The notes: generated from the sequence alone by a model not told the origin. Positions 9,633 to 20,547 are shown, counted from the first letter of the stretch. The stretch is DNA of 64,000 nt from an uncultured delta proteobacterium (GCA_963817385.1 CAWFOM010000010.1:32001-96000), one strand, 5' to 3'. Made by a program: numbers and translations.

Positions 9633-11377
9633 ACCCTATCGAACCTTCCGGAAAGAGATTCCCCCCGTGGTTCACTGCCGACAATCTCTTCACCGGCGTA
9701 ATCATGACGCTGCTTTTGGTTATCCTGGTCCTTTTTTTGCTTTATCCGGTGGTGGATATCTGTCGATTGAGTTTTCTCAAGAATGGGGTTTTCACCGTTC
9801 AAAACTATGTGTATTATTTTTCCGAGCCGAGGATATTTCGCTCTTTTTATAACAGCATGTTCGTATCCACCATTACCATGGTGATCACCACGGTGTTGGC
9901 CTTCCTGTTTGCCTATGGTCTTACCCGCACCACCATGCCGGGCAAAGGGTTTTTTTACACGGTATCCACACTTCCCCTCATTGCACCCACCATAATCCAG
10001 GCCCTCGCGCTCATTTTGCTGTTCGGCCGCAATGGAATCATCACCCGATACCTCTTGGGCACGGATTGGAATATCTACGGAGCTACGGGGATCATCGTGG
10101 GAGAGATCCTCTACTGTTTTCCCAATGCCCTGTTTATCCTTTACACCTCACTATCAGCGGTGGACACGCGCCTCGATGAAGCCGCCCAGAGCCTGGGGGC
10201 ATCCTCCCTGAAGACCTTCTGGAGGGTTACCCTGCCCTCCGCGAAATACGGTATCGCCAGTGCTGCGGCCTTGACCTTCAACCTCACCATTACCGATTTC
10301 GGCATCCCGGTGGTGATCGGGGGGGACTATTCGGTCCTGGCGACGGAAATCGTCAACAAGGTCTTCGGATTGCAGCGATTTGACCTGGGAGCAACCATCA
10401 GTGTGATTCTCCTGATCCCCTCCATCACGGCTTTTGCCCTTAACTACTACCTGACACGGAAGAGCTATGCCCTGATCAGCGGTCAGGCCCGCCCTTTTAT
10501 CCAGCCTTCCCGTCCGCTGAAGAAATGGGGATTCACCCTGTACTCGGCCCTCATCTCCTCCTGTATCCTTCTGGTCTTCGTAACGGTGTTTCTCGGCTCG
10601 TTTGTCCGCACCTGGCCTTACGATTTTTCTCTGACCCTGAAACATTTTGACTTCCCCTCCCTGGGGGCGAGCGTTCCCCTGTGGACTGCCTTTTGGAACA
10701 GCGTTTTGGAACCGGGAACCTTCCGCACCATGATTGCCATCAAATATGCCCCCATCTGGACCAGCCTCCTGGTTTCCCTGGTGGTGGCGGTGGCAGGGGC
10801 TTCCATTACGCTTGTAGCCGCCTACATCATCGAGAAGAAGAAACCCCGGGGCGAACAGCTTCTGTACGGCCTGTCCGTGTTGCCGGCGGCCATCCCCGGG
10901 GTGGTGCTGGGTTTGGGATACGTTCTGGCGTTTAACAAACCCTACTTCCTGATCTATGGCACCATATGGATTATTATCATTAATATCGTTATTGCCAATT
11001 TCACCCTGGGGGTTCTCTCCGGAACGGCCAATCTCAAACAAATCGATAAATCCGTCGAGGAGGCTGCGGTCAGTTTAGGCGCCGGACCCGTCACGACGTT
11101 TACGCGGATAGTATTCCCCCTTACCAAAGTGGCTTTTCTTTCCACGGCGACGTTCTTTTTTATGCGGGCGATGACCACCATAAGCGCCGTTTTATTTTTA
11201 GTTTCGGCACAGATCAAACTGGCCGCAATCGAGATCATCTTCCTCGACGTGGATGGACGCACGGCGAGCGCTAATGCCATGTGTACCGTGGTTGTGTTTA
11301 TCGTCGCCCTTTTTCTGGTGATCATGCGGCTTACCACCGGAAAATCGGCGCTTTCGGGGATGAGCACGACAAAGTGA
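9629..11377 (+). CDS. ABC transporter fused double permease (FbpB/PhnU2-like)
   Basis: Two EAA motifs (LDEAAQSLGA, VEEAAVSLGA), LLFGRNG, TDFG, many TM segments. Confidence 0.88.
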   Translation: MNPIEPSGKRFPPWFTADNLFTGVIMTLLLVILVLFLLYPVVDICRLSFLKNGVFTVQNYVYYFSEPRIFRSFYNSMFVSTITMVITTVLAFLFAYGLTRTTMPGKGFFYTVSTLPLIAPTIIQALALILLFGRNGIITRYLLGTDWNIYGATGIIVGEILYCFPNALFILYTSLSAVDTRLDEAAQSLGASSLKTFWRVTLPSAKYGIASAAALTFNLTITDFGIPVVIGGDYSVLATEIVNKVFGLQRFDLGATISVILLIPSITAFALNYYLTRKSYALISGQARPFIQPSRPLKKWGFTLYSALISSCILLVFVTVFLGSFVRTWPYDFSLTLKHFDFPSLGASVPLWTAFWNSVLEPGTFRTMIAIKYAPIWTSLLVSLVVAVAGASITLVAAYIIEKKKPRGEQLLYGLSVLPAAIPGVVLGLGYVLAFNKPYFLIYGTIWIIIINIVIANFTLGVLSGTANLKQIDKSVEEAAVSLGAGPVTTFTRIVFPLTKVAFLSTATFFFMRAMTTISAVLFLVSAQIKLAAIEIIFLDVDGRTASANAMCTVVVFIVALFLVIMRLTTGKSALSGMSTTK

Positions 11378-11393
11378 TCGGAGTCTTAAGGAA

Positions 11394-12164
11394 ATGAATA
11401 TCATCGATCCGGATAACCCTATCCCCAAGTATCTGCAGATCAGCGCTTGGATCAAAGACCTCATTCAGTCCGGAAGATATGAAAGGGGCGCAACCCTGCC
11501 GTCGGAGGTGGAACTGGCCCGGATCTGTCAGGTAAACAGGAATACCTTGAGGCAGGCAGTATCGGAATTGACCACTGCGGGGATCCTGCGAAAGGAGCGG
11601 GGCCGCGGAACCTTCGTCTGTGCGGAAACTCCTCGGGCGATCAAACACAAGCTCAAGAGCATCTCCAGCTTCAGTGATGACTTGCGTGAACTCGGCATCA
11701 AGGAAAAGACGCGCATCATCAAGAAGGGTGCTGAAGAGGCGAAGGAGGAAGTTGCCAGGAAGTTGATCATAAGCCCGAATAGCAGGGTCGTGGCCGTCCG
11801 TCGTCTCCGGACAGGCGACCGCGTGCCGTTTATCTATGAGGAGAGCTTCCTTCCCTACTCCGCATTCAAGAATATCCTCGATATGGATCTTACGGGTTCC
11901 ATGTACCAGATCATGAATGAGCGCTTCAATGTTACGCTGGCCAGATCGGATCAGACGATCCGGGCGGTCAATCTCAAAGGCCGGATTGCGTCATATCTCA
12001 ACGTTCCCGAAAACAGCGCTGCATTTTTTATGGAAAGCCTGACCTATGATGACAACAATATTCCGGTGGAGCTCTTGTATTCATATTACCGGGGAGACAA
12101 GTATGTCTTTGCGGTTGAACTGGGCCGTTATCATCTTTCGGAAGGCAATATGCGTGATGACTAA
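11394..12164 (+). CDS. GntR-family regulator, HutC/PhnF subfamily (UTRA domain)
   Basis: PKYLQI, LPSEVELA, RNTLRQAV, GRGTFV; C-terminal SYYRGDKY. Confidence 0.9.
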   Translation: MNIIDPDNPIPKYLQISAWIKDLIQSGRYERGATLPSEVELARICQVNRNTLRQAVSELTTAGILRKERGRGTFVCAETPRAIKHKLKSISSFSDDLRELGIKEKTRIIKKGAEEAKEEVARKLIISPNSRVVAVRRLRTGDRVPFIYEESFLPYSAFKNILDMDLTGSMYQIMNERFNVTLARSDQTIRAVNLKGRIASYLNVPENSAAFFMESLTYDDNNIPVELLYSYYRGDKYVFAVELGRYHLSEGNMRDD

Positions 12165-12186
12165 GCTTGTTTTTTCGCGGATACTT

Positions 12187-12198
12187 ATGTATATACAT
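12187..12198. promoter_or_regulatory. Candidate HutC-type GntR operator
   Basis: Perfect palindrome ATGTATATACAT (TGTA-N2-TACA) ~50 bp before the aminotransferase gene, directly after the GntR gene. Confidence 0.55.
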
Positions 12199-12246
12199 CT
12201 AAACAGCAGGAACCGATTCGAATGATAACCATGAAAGGAGCGAGTA

Positions 12247-13341
12247 ATGAAACAGTTAAAAGATTGGTTTGTGCCCTGGTTGTTTACCGCGCGGGAATAT
12301 AATACCGGCATCCTGGACAAGGCCTGGGCGAATCCGGAGTACGGCCGCCTGATGCTCAATGAAAATCCCCTCCCCCCCTCCGAGAAGGTGATCAAGGCGG
12401 TGGCGGATATCCTGGCCAAGGGAAACCGCTACCCGGACAGCATGAAACGGTTGAGAACCAAACTTGCGAATCTTCACGGTCTCGGACCTGACAATATCGG
12501 CCTCTGCAACGGTTCGTCGGAGATCATCGATTCGATGATGCGGATTTTCCTGCAGCCCGGTGACGAGATCATCATGTCTAACCCGACGTTTGGATTGTTC
12601 CCGCCGCGGGCGGAGCTTGTCGGCGGGAAGGTGGTCTCCGTACCGCTGCGGGCCGCCGATCTCCAGTATGACGTCGAGGGGATGCTGAAGGCCATCACGC
12701 CCCGGACAAAACTCATCCTCGTCATCAACCCCAATAACCCCACCGGGATCTTCATCGATGACAAGGATCTGATCCGCTTCTGCGAGACAGGCATTCCCCT
12801 GTGCATCGATGAGGCGTACCTGGATTACCATCCGGAAATCCCCTCCAAGTTCTCCCTGATCAAAAAGTATCCCCAGGTCTTCCTTTCCCACACCTTCTCG
12901 AAGGCCTATGGGTTTGCCGGCATCAGGTTCGGGTACGTCGAGGGGACGGAAGAGATGGTCAAGGCCTTCAACACGATGTTTCTCCCCTGGAACGTGAGCC
13001 TCATGGCGATGGCGGCGGCCGAAGCGATCCTGGATAATCCCGAGGAAGTGGCCCTGAAAGTGGCGCACAACAACCGCTGGATGACAATCTTCACGAAGGA
13101 ACTGGAGAAAGCGGGACTGAAGCCTTTCCCCGCCCACGGCAATTACATGCTCATCGATGCAACCATGACGGGGAAGACCACCGCCGAGATCCTGGCGGCG
13201 GGGCAGGCGATGGAAAAGATCTTCCTGAAGAGTATTGCTCCCATCCACGGCAGGGACGGGTATTTCCGGGTCACCCCCGGTGTGGATGAGGAAAATGAAC
13301 GTTTCGTCCGGTTCATCAGGAACTATTTCGGGAAGAAGTGA
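12247..13341 (+). CDS. Class I/II PLP aminotransferase, HisC (histidinol-phosphate/aromatic amino acid)-like
   Basis: LNENP, NRYPD, NPNNPTG, DEAY, HTFSKAYGFAGIRFGY. Confidence 0.85.
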   Translation: MKQLKDWFVPWLFTAREYNTGILDKAWANPEYGRLMLNENPLPPSEKVIKAVADILAKGNRYPDSMKRLRTKLANLHGLGPDNIGLCNGSSEIIDSMMRIFLQPGDEIIMSNPTFGLFPPRAELVGGKVVSVPLRAADLQYDVEGMLKAITPRTKLILVINPNNPTGIFIDDKDLIRFCETGIPLCIDEAYLDYHPEIPSKFSLIKKYPQVFLSHTFSKAYGFAGIRFGYVEGTEEMVKAFNTMFLPWNVSLMAMAAAEAILDNPEEVALKVAHNNRWMTIFTKELEKAGLKPFPAHGNYMLIDATMTGKTTAEILAAGQAMEKIFLKSIAPIHGRDGYFRVTPGVDEENERFVRFIRNYFGKK

Positions 13342-13415
13342 CGGATAAGGGGCGATGCCCCGGGCATTAACGTTCGGATGCCTTGCAGAAGGATATCTCT
13401 CGGAAGGGTACCGCG

Positions 13416-14187
13416 ATGCGGATCTACTGTCTGTGTAAAGCATGTTCCCGATACGGCAGCCAATATCCGGCTGGTGGGCGGGGCTGACTTTGATGAAACG
13501 GTCAAATTCATCATGAATCCCTATGATGAACACGCCCTCGAACAGGCCCTGCAAATCAAAGACAACAGGGGTGACGTCGAAGTTATCGCGATCAGTGTGG
13601 GCAAGGAAGCAGCCGTGGCGACCCTGCGCTTTGCCCTGGCAATGGGCGCCGACCGGGGAATTCTCGTTAAAACATCGAATTATTTTACCGACAGCCGGGA
13701 GACAGCCCATCTGCTCAAGCAGGCCATTGAGATGGACGGCTCCCCCGACCTTATCCTGACCGGCAAGCAGTCTGTCGACACGGAAGGGATGCAGGTGCCT
13801 TACCATCTCGCGGCCCTTCTCGACATGCCGGTGGTTGTGGGAGTGGTTGCATTTTCCCTGGCAGGCGAGGCGGTCACCGTCGAGCAGGAAGGCGAGGGGG
13901 ACGTCCGCGGGGTCATCGAGATGACAATGCCGTGCGTCGTCGGCGCCGCCAGGGGTCTCAACCGCCCGCGCTGTCCCACCCTGCCCGATATGATGAAAGC
14001 CCGGAAGAAAGAGATCAGGATCATCCGCCGGGATGAGTTCGATGTGCCATGCCCTGCTGGGACAACAGAGCTCCTCTCGCTTCATGCAGTGCCCGAGCGG
14101 GGAAGGGGCGTGATCCTCGAGGACAGCCCGGAAAATATGGTGCAGGATCTTCTGCACCGGCTGAAGGAAGAGGCAAAGATTCTCTAG
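13416..14187 (+). CDS. etfB: Electron transfer flavoprotein beta subunit; apparent +1 insertion at ~13428
   Basis: VCVKHVPD, MNPYDEHALE, ALAMGAD, GKQSVD; GGAAGG RBS + ATG 13416 gives MRIY-VCVKHVPD if one T is removed. Confidence 0.85.
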
Positions 14188-14208
14188 GAGAGAGATAGGT
14201 CAGGGTCA

Positions 14209-15168
14209 ATGGCAAGAATAGGAGTACTCATTGAGGAGAACGACGGCGAGTTTAAAAAAACCAATCTGGGGGTCCTGACTGCGGCGCGGCAGGACCCGGC
14301 GTCCGAAGTTTACGCCTTCGTGTTGAGTGATCACGCCGATGCCCATCGTGAAGTGTTGCAGCGCTACGGCGTAGGAACAATCGTGGCGGTGAAGATGCCG
14401 GGGATCGACCCGGAAACCTGTCCGGAAGCACGATCCCGGGCGCTCAGTTCCGCCATCGATGAATTTCAATTGGACGCCCTCATCGGGGTTTCGAGCGTCA
14501 GCGGAAAAGAAACCCTGGCCCGGGTGGCCTCCCTGAGGGGAGCGCCCCTGGTCCAGGATTGTCTCGAACTGGATCTGGCCTCAGGTGTCGTCAAGAAATC
14601 TCACTTTTCCGGCAGGACCACCGCGACGATAAAGCTTAAACGCCGGCCGTGGATTGTAAGCATCAGACCCAATTGCCTTCCCGAGGCGCCGGCCGGGAAT
14701 ACAGCCGTGATATTGGAATACCGCGCGCCGGTTGAAGATGCCGGACGGCTGGTGATCAGGAAAGCCAAGAGCGGTCATGCGGGCGGCGACGATCTTTCCG
14801 AGGCGGAGATCATCATCTCCGGCGGACGCCCGATCGGATCGGCGGAAAACTTCACCCTGCTCAGAGAATGCGCAGCTCAGCTCAGGGCGTCCGTAGGAGC
14901 CTCTCGGGCCGCCGTGGATGCGGGGTTTGCACCGCATGCCATGCAGGTTGGTCAAACCGGCAGGACGGTCAGTCCGAAACTCTACATCGCCTGCGGGATT
15001 TCCGGATCGGTGCAGCATTTTGCCGGCATGAAAACTGCGAAGATCATCGTGGCCATAAACAACGATCGTGATGCGCCGATCCTCGGCAAGTGCGATTACG
15101 GGCTTGTCGGCGATCTGTTCGAGGTTGTACCGGCGCTGACGAAAGCCCTGCAATCAACCCACGAGTAA
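14209..15168 (+). CDS. etfA: Electron transfer flavoprotein alpha subunit
   Basis: [45 protein letters not shown]. Confidence 0.93.
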   Translation: MARIGVLIEENDGEFKKTNLGVLTAARQDPASEVYAFVLSDHADAHREVLQRYGVGTIVAVKMPGIDPETCPEARSRALSSAIDEFQLDALIGVSSVSGKETLARVASLRGAPLVQDCLELDLASGVVKKSHFSGRTTATIKLKRRPWIVSIRPNCLPEAPAGNTAVILEYRAPVEDAGRLVIRKAKSGHAGGDDLSEAEIIISGGRPIGSAENFTLLRECAAQLRASVGASRAAVDAGFAPHAMQVGQTGRTVSPKLYIACGISGSVQHFAGMKTAKIIVAINNDRDAPILGKCDYGLVGDLFEVVPALTKALQSTHE

Positions 15169-15255
15169 ACGGTTTCCCCTGCAGAATGGGGGTTGGATTC
15201 GCCGATAATTCAGGCGGCCCGGAGATTATCCACAAAAATAGAAAGGAGACGGACA

Positions 15256-17676
15256 ATGCGCGATAGCGCACAGATTGTCATAATCGGGGGCGGAATTGTT
15301 GGGTGCAGTATCGCCTATCATCTGACCAGGATGGGCCGGACGGACGTCGTGATTATCGAAAAGGGCGAACTGACCAGCGGTTCCACCTGGCACGCGGCAG
15401 GGCTGGTAGGACAGCTCAGGTCGCACCGGAACATAACCCGGATGCTGCAGTACAGTGTCGGCCTTTATGAAAAACTGGAAGAAGAAACAGGACTCACCAC
15501 CGGTTGGAAAAGGTGCGGTTGCCTGCATCTTGCCAGCACCGAAGCGCGGCTTCTGGAGCTTCAGAAAGGCGCAACCACCGCCCGGAGTTTTGGACTTGAT
15601 ATGCACATCATCTCGCCCCAGGAGGCGTTGAAGATATTCCCTATCCTGGATATGGAGGGCATCATCGGTGCGGCATTCATGCCTTCCGACGGACAGGCCG
15701 ATCCCAGCGGCCTCACGATGGCCATGGCCAAAGGGGCCATCAATCGCGGTGCGGAAGTGCTGCAGAAGACCCTGGTGACCGGTTTTCAGATAAGAGACAA
15801 CCGCATCGAGGCCGTGATTACCGACCAGGGAGTAGTGAGATGTGAGACGGTGGTAAACGCCGCGGGTATGTGGAGCAGGGAGATCGGCAAGCTGATGGGG
15901 GTGAACATCCCGACAGTCCCCTTTCAGCACCAGTATCTTGTCACCGAGCCGATTCCCGGTCTGCCGCCCGACCTCCCCACCTTGCGGGACAAGGACAGCC
16001 TGCTCTATTATAAGCAGGAGGGTGGGGGACTTGTCATGGGCGGTTATGAACGGGATGGCATACCCTGGGCGATCAGGGGCGTTCCCACAGGATTCACCCA
16101 GGAGCTCCTGGAGCCCGATTACGATCATTTTGAACCACTCTCCGAGGCCGCCGTCAGGAGGACGCCCTGTCTCAGGGATGCCGGGATCGCCCGCCTGGTA
16201 AACGGCCCTGAGGCCTTCACCCCCGACGGCAACTGCATGCTCGGGCCGGCGCCGGAACGTGAGAACTGTTTTGTCGCCGCCGGATTCAACGCCTTCGGCA
16301 TCGCGGCAGGCGGCGGCGCCGGCCGGATGTTGGCCGAATGGATCGTGGAGAGCGAACCGAGCCTCAACATCTGGCCCCTGGATATCCGCAGGTTCGGCCA
16401 GCACCATAAAAGCCTCGCGTACAACGTGGATCGGACGAAAGAGATCTACGGGAAGCATTACACCATTTCCTGGCCGTACGAAGAACACGATTCGGCCAGG
16501 GGCGTAAAACGCTCTCCCCTCTATTATCTCCTCAAGGAAAAGGGGGCTGTTTACGGATCCAAGTTCGGATGGGAGAGGGCCAACTGGTTTGCTCCGGACG
16601 GTACGATGCCGGTAGATCGTCTCAGTTTCGGGATCCCTAACTGGTTTGAACACGTGGCCCGGGAGCATCGGGCGGCCCGTGAGTCGGTGGTGCTCATCGA
16701 CCAGAGCTCGTTTGCCAAGTTCGAAGTGGAAGGCCCGGGAGCGCTCGCCTTTCTCAACTACGTTGCGGCGGGGAACATCGACCGGCCGGTCGGCAGTACC
16801 GTCTACACGCAGCTTTGCAACAACCGGGGCGGCATCGAGGCGGACATCACCATCTCCCGGCTTACGGAAACCCGCTTCTTTATCGTCACCGGCACGGCCT
16901 TCGGGGTCCACGATCTTATCTGGCTCAAAAGGCATCTGCCCCGGGACGGCTCGGTGATGCTCCGCGATGTGACCTCCTCCCATGCCATGCTCAACCTCTG
17001 CGGACCCTCTTCCCGGATGCTCCTGGAGAAGATTTCCGACGACGATCTGAGTAACGAGGGCTTCGGATTCGGGCAATGCCGGGAGCTCATGATCGGTTAT
17101 GCGCCGGTCCGGGCCCTTCGGGTGACCTATGTCGGCGAGTTGGGTTATGAACTCTACTGCCCGCCGGAATATGCCTGCCATCTCTATGAAACCCTGATGG
17201 CGGCCGGTCGGGCCCTCGATATTAAAAATGCCGGATACCGGGCTATCGATTCACTCCGGCTGGAGAAGGGCTACTGCTACTGGAGCGCGGAAGTCTCGCC
17301 CGACTACAGCCCGTACGATGCCGGGTTGGGTTTCGCCGTGGATCTCGGGAAAGGAGCCTTCATCGGCCGCGAGGCCCTGGTGAAGATCAACCGGGAAGGA
17401 GCGCAATGGAGACTCTGCACCTTCACACTCGACGGTGACCGGCCGCGACTGCTCACCGGAGGCGAGACCATCACTCATCGGGGGAGGGTTGTCGGGGCCG
17501 TCTCCAGCGGCGGTTACGGCCATACCGTGAGAAAGACCATCGCCCTGGGGTATCTCCCCACCGCCGAAGCATCTCATGGAGATGGCTATGCCATAGAGGT
17601 GTTCCGGGAAGCGATCCCGGCCACCCGCCATGAAAAGGCCCTTTACGACCCGGGGCGCGAGAAGATACTCAGTTAG
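15256..17676 (+). CDS. Dimethylglycine/sarcosine dehydrogenase-like flavoprotein (DAO + GcvT folate-binding domains)
   Basis: IIGGGIVG, LTSGSTWHAAG (covalent-FAD His), NGPEAFTPDG, YVGELGYELY, SLRLEKGY; AGGAG RBS. Confidence 0.9.
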   Translation: MRDSAQIVIIGGGIVGCSIAYHLTRMGRTDVVIIEKGELTSGSTWHAAGLVGQLRSHRNITRMLQYSVGLYEKLEEETGLTTGWKRCGCLHLASTEARLLELQKGATTARSFGLDMHIISPQEALKIFPILDMEGIIGAAFMPSDGQADPSGLTMAMAKGAINRGAEVLQKTLVTGFQIRDNRIEAVITDQGVVRCETVVNAAGMWSREIGKLMGVNIPTVPFQHQYLVTEPIPGLPPDLPTLRDKDSLLYYKQEGGGLVMGGYERDGIPWAIRGVPTGFTQELLEPDYDHFEPLSEAAVRRTPCLRDAGIARLVNGPEAFTPDGNCMLGPAPERENCFVAAGFNAFGIAAGGGAGRMLAEWIVESEPSLNIWPLDIRRFGQHHKSLAYNVDRTKEIYGKHYTISWPYEEHDSARGVKRSPLYYLLKEKGAVYGSKFGWERANWFAPDGTMPVDRLSFGIPNWFEHVAREHRAARESVVLIDQSSFAKFEVEGPGALAFLNYVAAGNIDRPVGSTVYTQLCNNRGGIEADITISRLTETRFFIVTGTAFGVHDLIWLKRHLPRDGSVMLRDVTSSHAMLNLCGPSSRMLLEKISDDDLSNEGFGFGQCRELMIGYAPVRALRVTYVGELGYELYCPPEYACHLYETLMAAGRALDIKNAGYRAIDSLRLEKGYCYWSAEVSPDYSPYDAGLGFAVDLGKGAFIGREALVKINREGAQWRLCTFTLDGDRPRLLTGGETITHRGRVVGAVSSGGYGHTVRKTIALGYLPTAEASHGDGYAIEVFREAIPATRHEKALYDPGREKILS

Positions 17677-18675
17677 GAGGCTCCGTCGATGATCTCCGGC
17701 AAAACCGAGAAATCATCGATGAGATAATCGGCCCCGGCTTTCAATAGGGCTTTTTGGATGGCCTTCTGGTCGGGGGACGGGAAGACAACTCCGATTCCCC
17801 GGTAGCCGGTTTGCGACGAATCGGCCGCCAGCATATCGTCGGGCATGTCCCCCAGGTAATAACATCCGGCGAACTTGCCCCCTATCATGCCTGGTATCGA
17901 ATCGAGCATGAAGGGGTTCGGCTTGCTGAGCGAGATTCGTTTGCCCTGTTCCTGAAAAAGCCGCTCTTCTTCATGGGTGCAATCATCAAGGGTGATGACC
18001 CGGCGAAAATATGGCTTCAGGGAAAAATGATCCAGGGGAAAATCCGCCTCCACCCGCGGTCTGCCCGTGGCAATGGCCAAGATGTTCCTACGGGACAGGC
18101 CTTCGAGAATGGCCGTGTCGATGAGGAGACTTTCCTGATGGATCAAACCCTCCTCGCGGCAGAACCTCGGCTCGCGGCAATAAACCGCCGCGAAGAGGAT
18201 GCGACCGAGGTATATCTCCTGGAATATCTGTTTGATGAGATTGCCGGTGCCGACATCCCCCTGAAAACAGCTCTCTACGAATGGTTCTTTTCGCTTGCCG
18301 TGTTCCGCCAGGAGCTCCATCAGCGGTGCGGGCGAAGCCGTAAGATAATCGGCGAGCGTCCGATACATCGCACCGGCGAATCGTTTCTTCGTAAGATAAC
18401 CCATCATCGGGTGCTTCGGCCTTGAGGGGAACTTTTACCCGGGCAAAGAGGAGACTTATGGCCTGGGAGGTAAGCTCCCAGTCGTTGTTCAACCCGCCGG
18501 TCTGTTTGAGCCTGGCCAGATCGGTCAGGGGGAAGAGGGGATCGGGCAGCTTCGCGAAACCGCGCGCCCCCTGGAAAAAGCGTCGTACAGTTTTTCGCGC
18601 TGTCTCCCGGTAGGAGCGCGAAACATCGATAAGCACGCCGTCCATGTCAAAAACGATCAGTTTTGGTAGGTTCAT
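17673..18675 (-). CDS. HAD-superfamily hydrolase (subfamily IA), split by an apparent +1 frameshift at ~18360
   Basis: FDMDGVLIDVSRSY and NNDW in ORF 18088-18675; ATGRP, KPNP and YLGDMPDDM in ORF 17673-18407; removing one base joins them. Confidence 0.8.
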
Positions 18676-18963
18676 TTCTTTTCCGATACCCTCATGTTTC
18701 CGGCATCCCTCGGGCGATTCTTATTCCACAGGCGGGATCATCTGTCAAATACAATCGGCCTGACAGTCAGGCAATGAACCCGTTAATTGAATCACCTTGA
18801 CAATATCCGCAATCTCGGATATCGCTACATGCGATTTCATGGCGGTTTCTCCTATCGAAACAAGCCTGTTGGGAGAAACTCATTCCAAAGAAAAGTACTA
18901 TTTTTCTGCTTTATTGGCTCCATCAATTTCACGTAAAATTTCTTACATTGCTTCAGGGGGGAC

Positions 18964-20547
18964 ATGATAAAAAAATTACTGAATCAGGCGTCGCCTCGAA
19001 TCGTATTGGCCGGGACCTTCTTCGTTTTGTTGGGGCCATTCCTGTTTTTTGAATTGTTTCCTGTTCAGCTCGATAATGTCATAGACAAAGGCACCTACCT
19101 TGCTTTTCATAATATCGCCGAGTTCTTCAGCATCATAGTTTCTCTGTCCGTCTTCAGCGTCGGCTGGTATACCTATGACCAGTCCAAGGACCGGCATGCT
19201 CTTTTTTTGGGGACGGCGTTTCTTGCTATCGGTTTCATTGATTTCATGCACACCATGAGCAATGCCGCCATGCCGTCCTTCTTCACACCTAACACAACCA
19301 ACAAATCGACCCAGTTCTGGATCGTGGCCCGGCTGCTGGATGCGTCGGCATTCCTGATCAGCGCCTACGTGTATCCGTATTCGCAAAGCCGATGGCTGTC
19401 GAAAAAGACCCTGATGACAACGGCCCTCGCGATTTCAGGATTGGCCTTCACGGGGATTGTCTTCTTTTCTCCGTATCTGCCTGCCACGGCCGTACCGGAA
19501 ATCGGCCTCACCCCGCTGAAGCGGGTGTTGGAATTTCTCGTCATCCTTTTACTGTTCCTCGCATGTGTCGCCTACTGGAAGCGGATGATGAAAACGGGGA
19601 ACCGGCTACTCATTTACTACCTGATGGCTTTCATCATCTGCATCTTTAGCGAGGCGGTCTTTGCCTCTTACAAGACCGGGTTCGACACCTATAACGTGCT
19701 GGGACATATCTACAAGGTGGTGGCGTTCTACCTGATTTACAATGGCGTGTTCATTGCGTCCGTCAATGCGCCTTACGCAAGACTCATCGAAGCGGGGGAG
19801 AACATCAACCGCTTGAATGCCGAACTGGAGCGGCGAGTCAAAGAACGGACCGCTCAACTTGAAACCTCCGTCCAGGAACTGGAGGCGTTTAGTTATTCGG
19901 TTTCTCACGATCTTCGCGCCCCCCTGCGCGCCATTGACGGGTATGCCCGGATGATCATGAAGAAGCAGGCCGATCAATTCGATGAAGAGACCCGGCGACA
20001 ATATACATTGATCAGAGAGAACGCCACGGCCATGGGACAGTTGATCGAGGATCTCCTGCGGTTATCTCAAGTGAGCAGAAAAGAGCCGGACAAAACGCAT
20101 CTCGACATGCGCCAGTTGACCGAAGTGACCTGGGAAGAGCTGCAGGAGATTCACCCCAATCGGCGCATGACCCTGAAGATCGACAATCTTCCGCCCGCAT
20201 GGGGCGATAGAAGCCTCATTAAGCAGGTTTTTGTCAACATTCTCTCCAATGCGATCAAGTTCACCGTTGTTCGGAACGATGCGCAGATAGAAGCGGGTTC
20301 TTATGTCAAGGATGATGAGGTAGTGTATTTTATCAGAGACAATGGCGCCGGCTTCGACATGAAATACTATGACAAATTGTTCGTCGTTTTTCAGCGTCTG
20401 CATAGCGACAGCGAATATGAAGGCACGGGAATCGGCCTCGCACTTGTCCAGCGCATCATCAAACGGCATGGCGGCCGGGTCTGGGCGGAAGCAGAAGTGG
20501 GCAATGGCGCCTGTTTCTTTTTTTCGTTGCCGGTCCGGAACGAGTAA
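18964..20547 (+). CDS. Membrane sensor histidine kinase with MASE3-like input domain (orphan)
   Basis: HNIAEFFS...W and DFMH in multi-TM N-terminus; SHDLRAPL H-box, SNAIKF, DNGAGF, GTGIGL. Confidence 0.85.
   Translation: MIKKLLNQASPRIVLAGTFFVLLGPFLFFELFPVQLDNVIDKGTYLAFHNIAEFFSIIVSLSVFSVGWYTYDQSKDRHALFLGTAFLAIGFIDFMHTMSNAAMPSFFTPNTTNKSTQFWIVARLLDASAFLISAYVYPYSQSRWLSKKTLMTTALAISGLAFTGIVFFSPYLPATAVPEIGLTPLKRVLEFLVILLLFLACVAYWKRMMKTGNRLLIYYLMAFIICIFSEAVFASYKTGFDTYNVLGHIYKVVAFYLIYNGVFIASVNAPYARLIEAGENINRLNAELERRVKERTAQLETSVQELEAFSYSVSHDLRAPLRAIDGYARMIMKKQADQFDEETRRQYTLIRENATAMGQLIEDLLRLSQVSRKEPDKTHLDMRQLTEVTWEELQEIHPNRRMTLKIDNLPPAWGDRSLIKQVFVNILSNAIKFTVVRNDAQIEAGSYVKDDEVVYFIRDNGAGFDMKYYDKLFVVFQRLHSDSEYEGTGIGLALVQRIIKRHGGRVWAEAEVGNGACFFFSLPVRNE

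Noticed and set aside
13378..13415. N-terminal extension MPCRRISLGRVPRCGST on EtfB
   Set aside because: Artefact of the +1 insertion; RBS plus ATG at 13416 gives the canonical MRIYVCVK start
12256..17181. Long antisense ORFs (633 aa and 651 aa), and similar ones at 22861-24201, 28864-30099, 52679-54340 and 61008-62741
   Set aside because: They shadow well-supported genes on the other strand, carry no recognisable motifs, and are expected in GC-rich coding DNA
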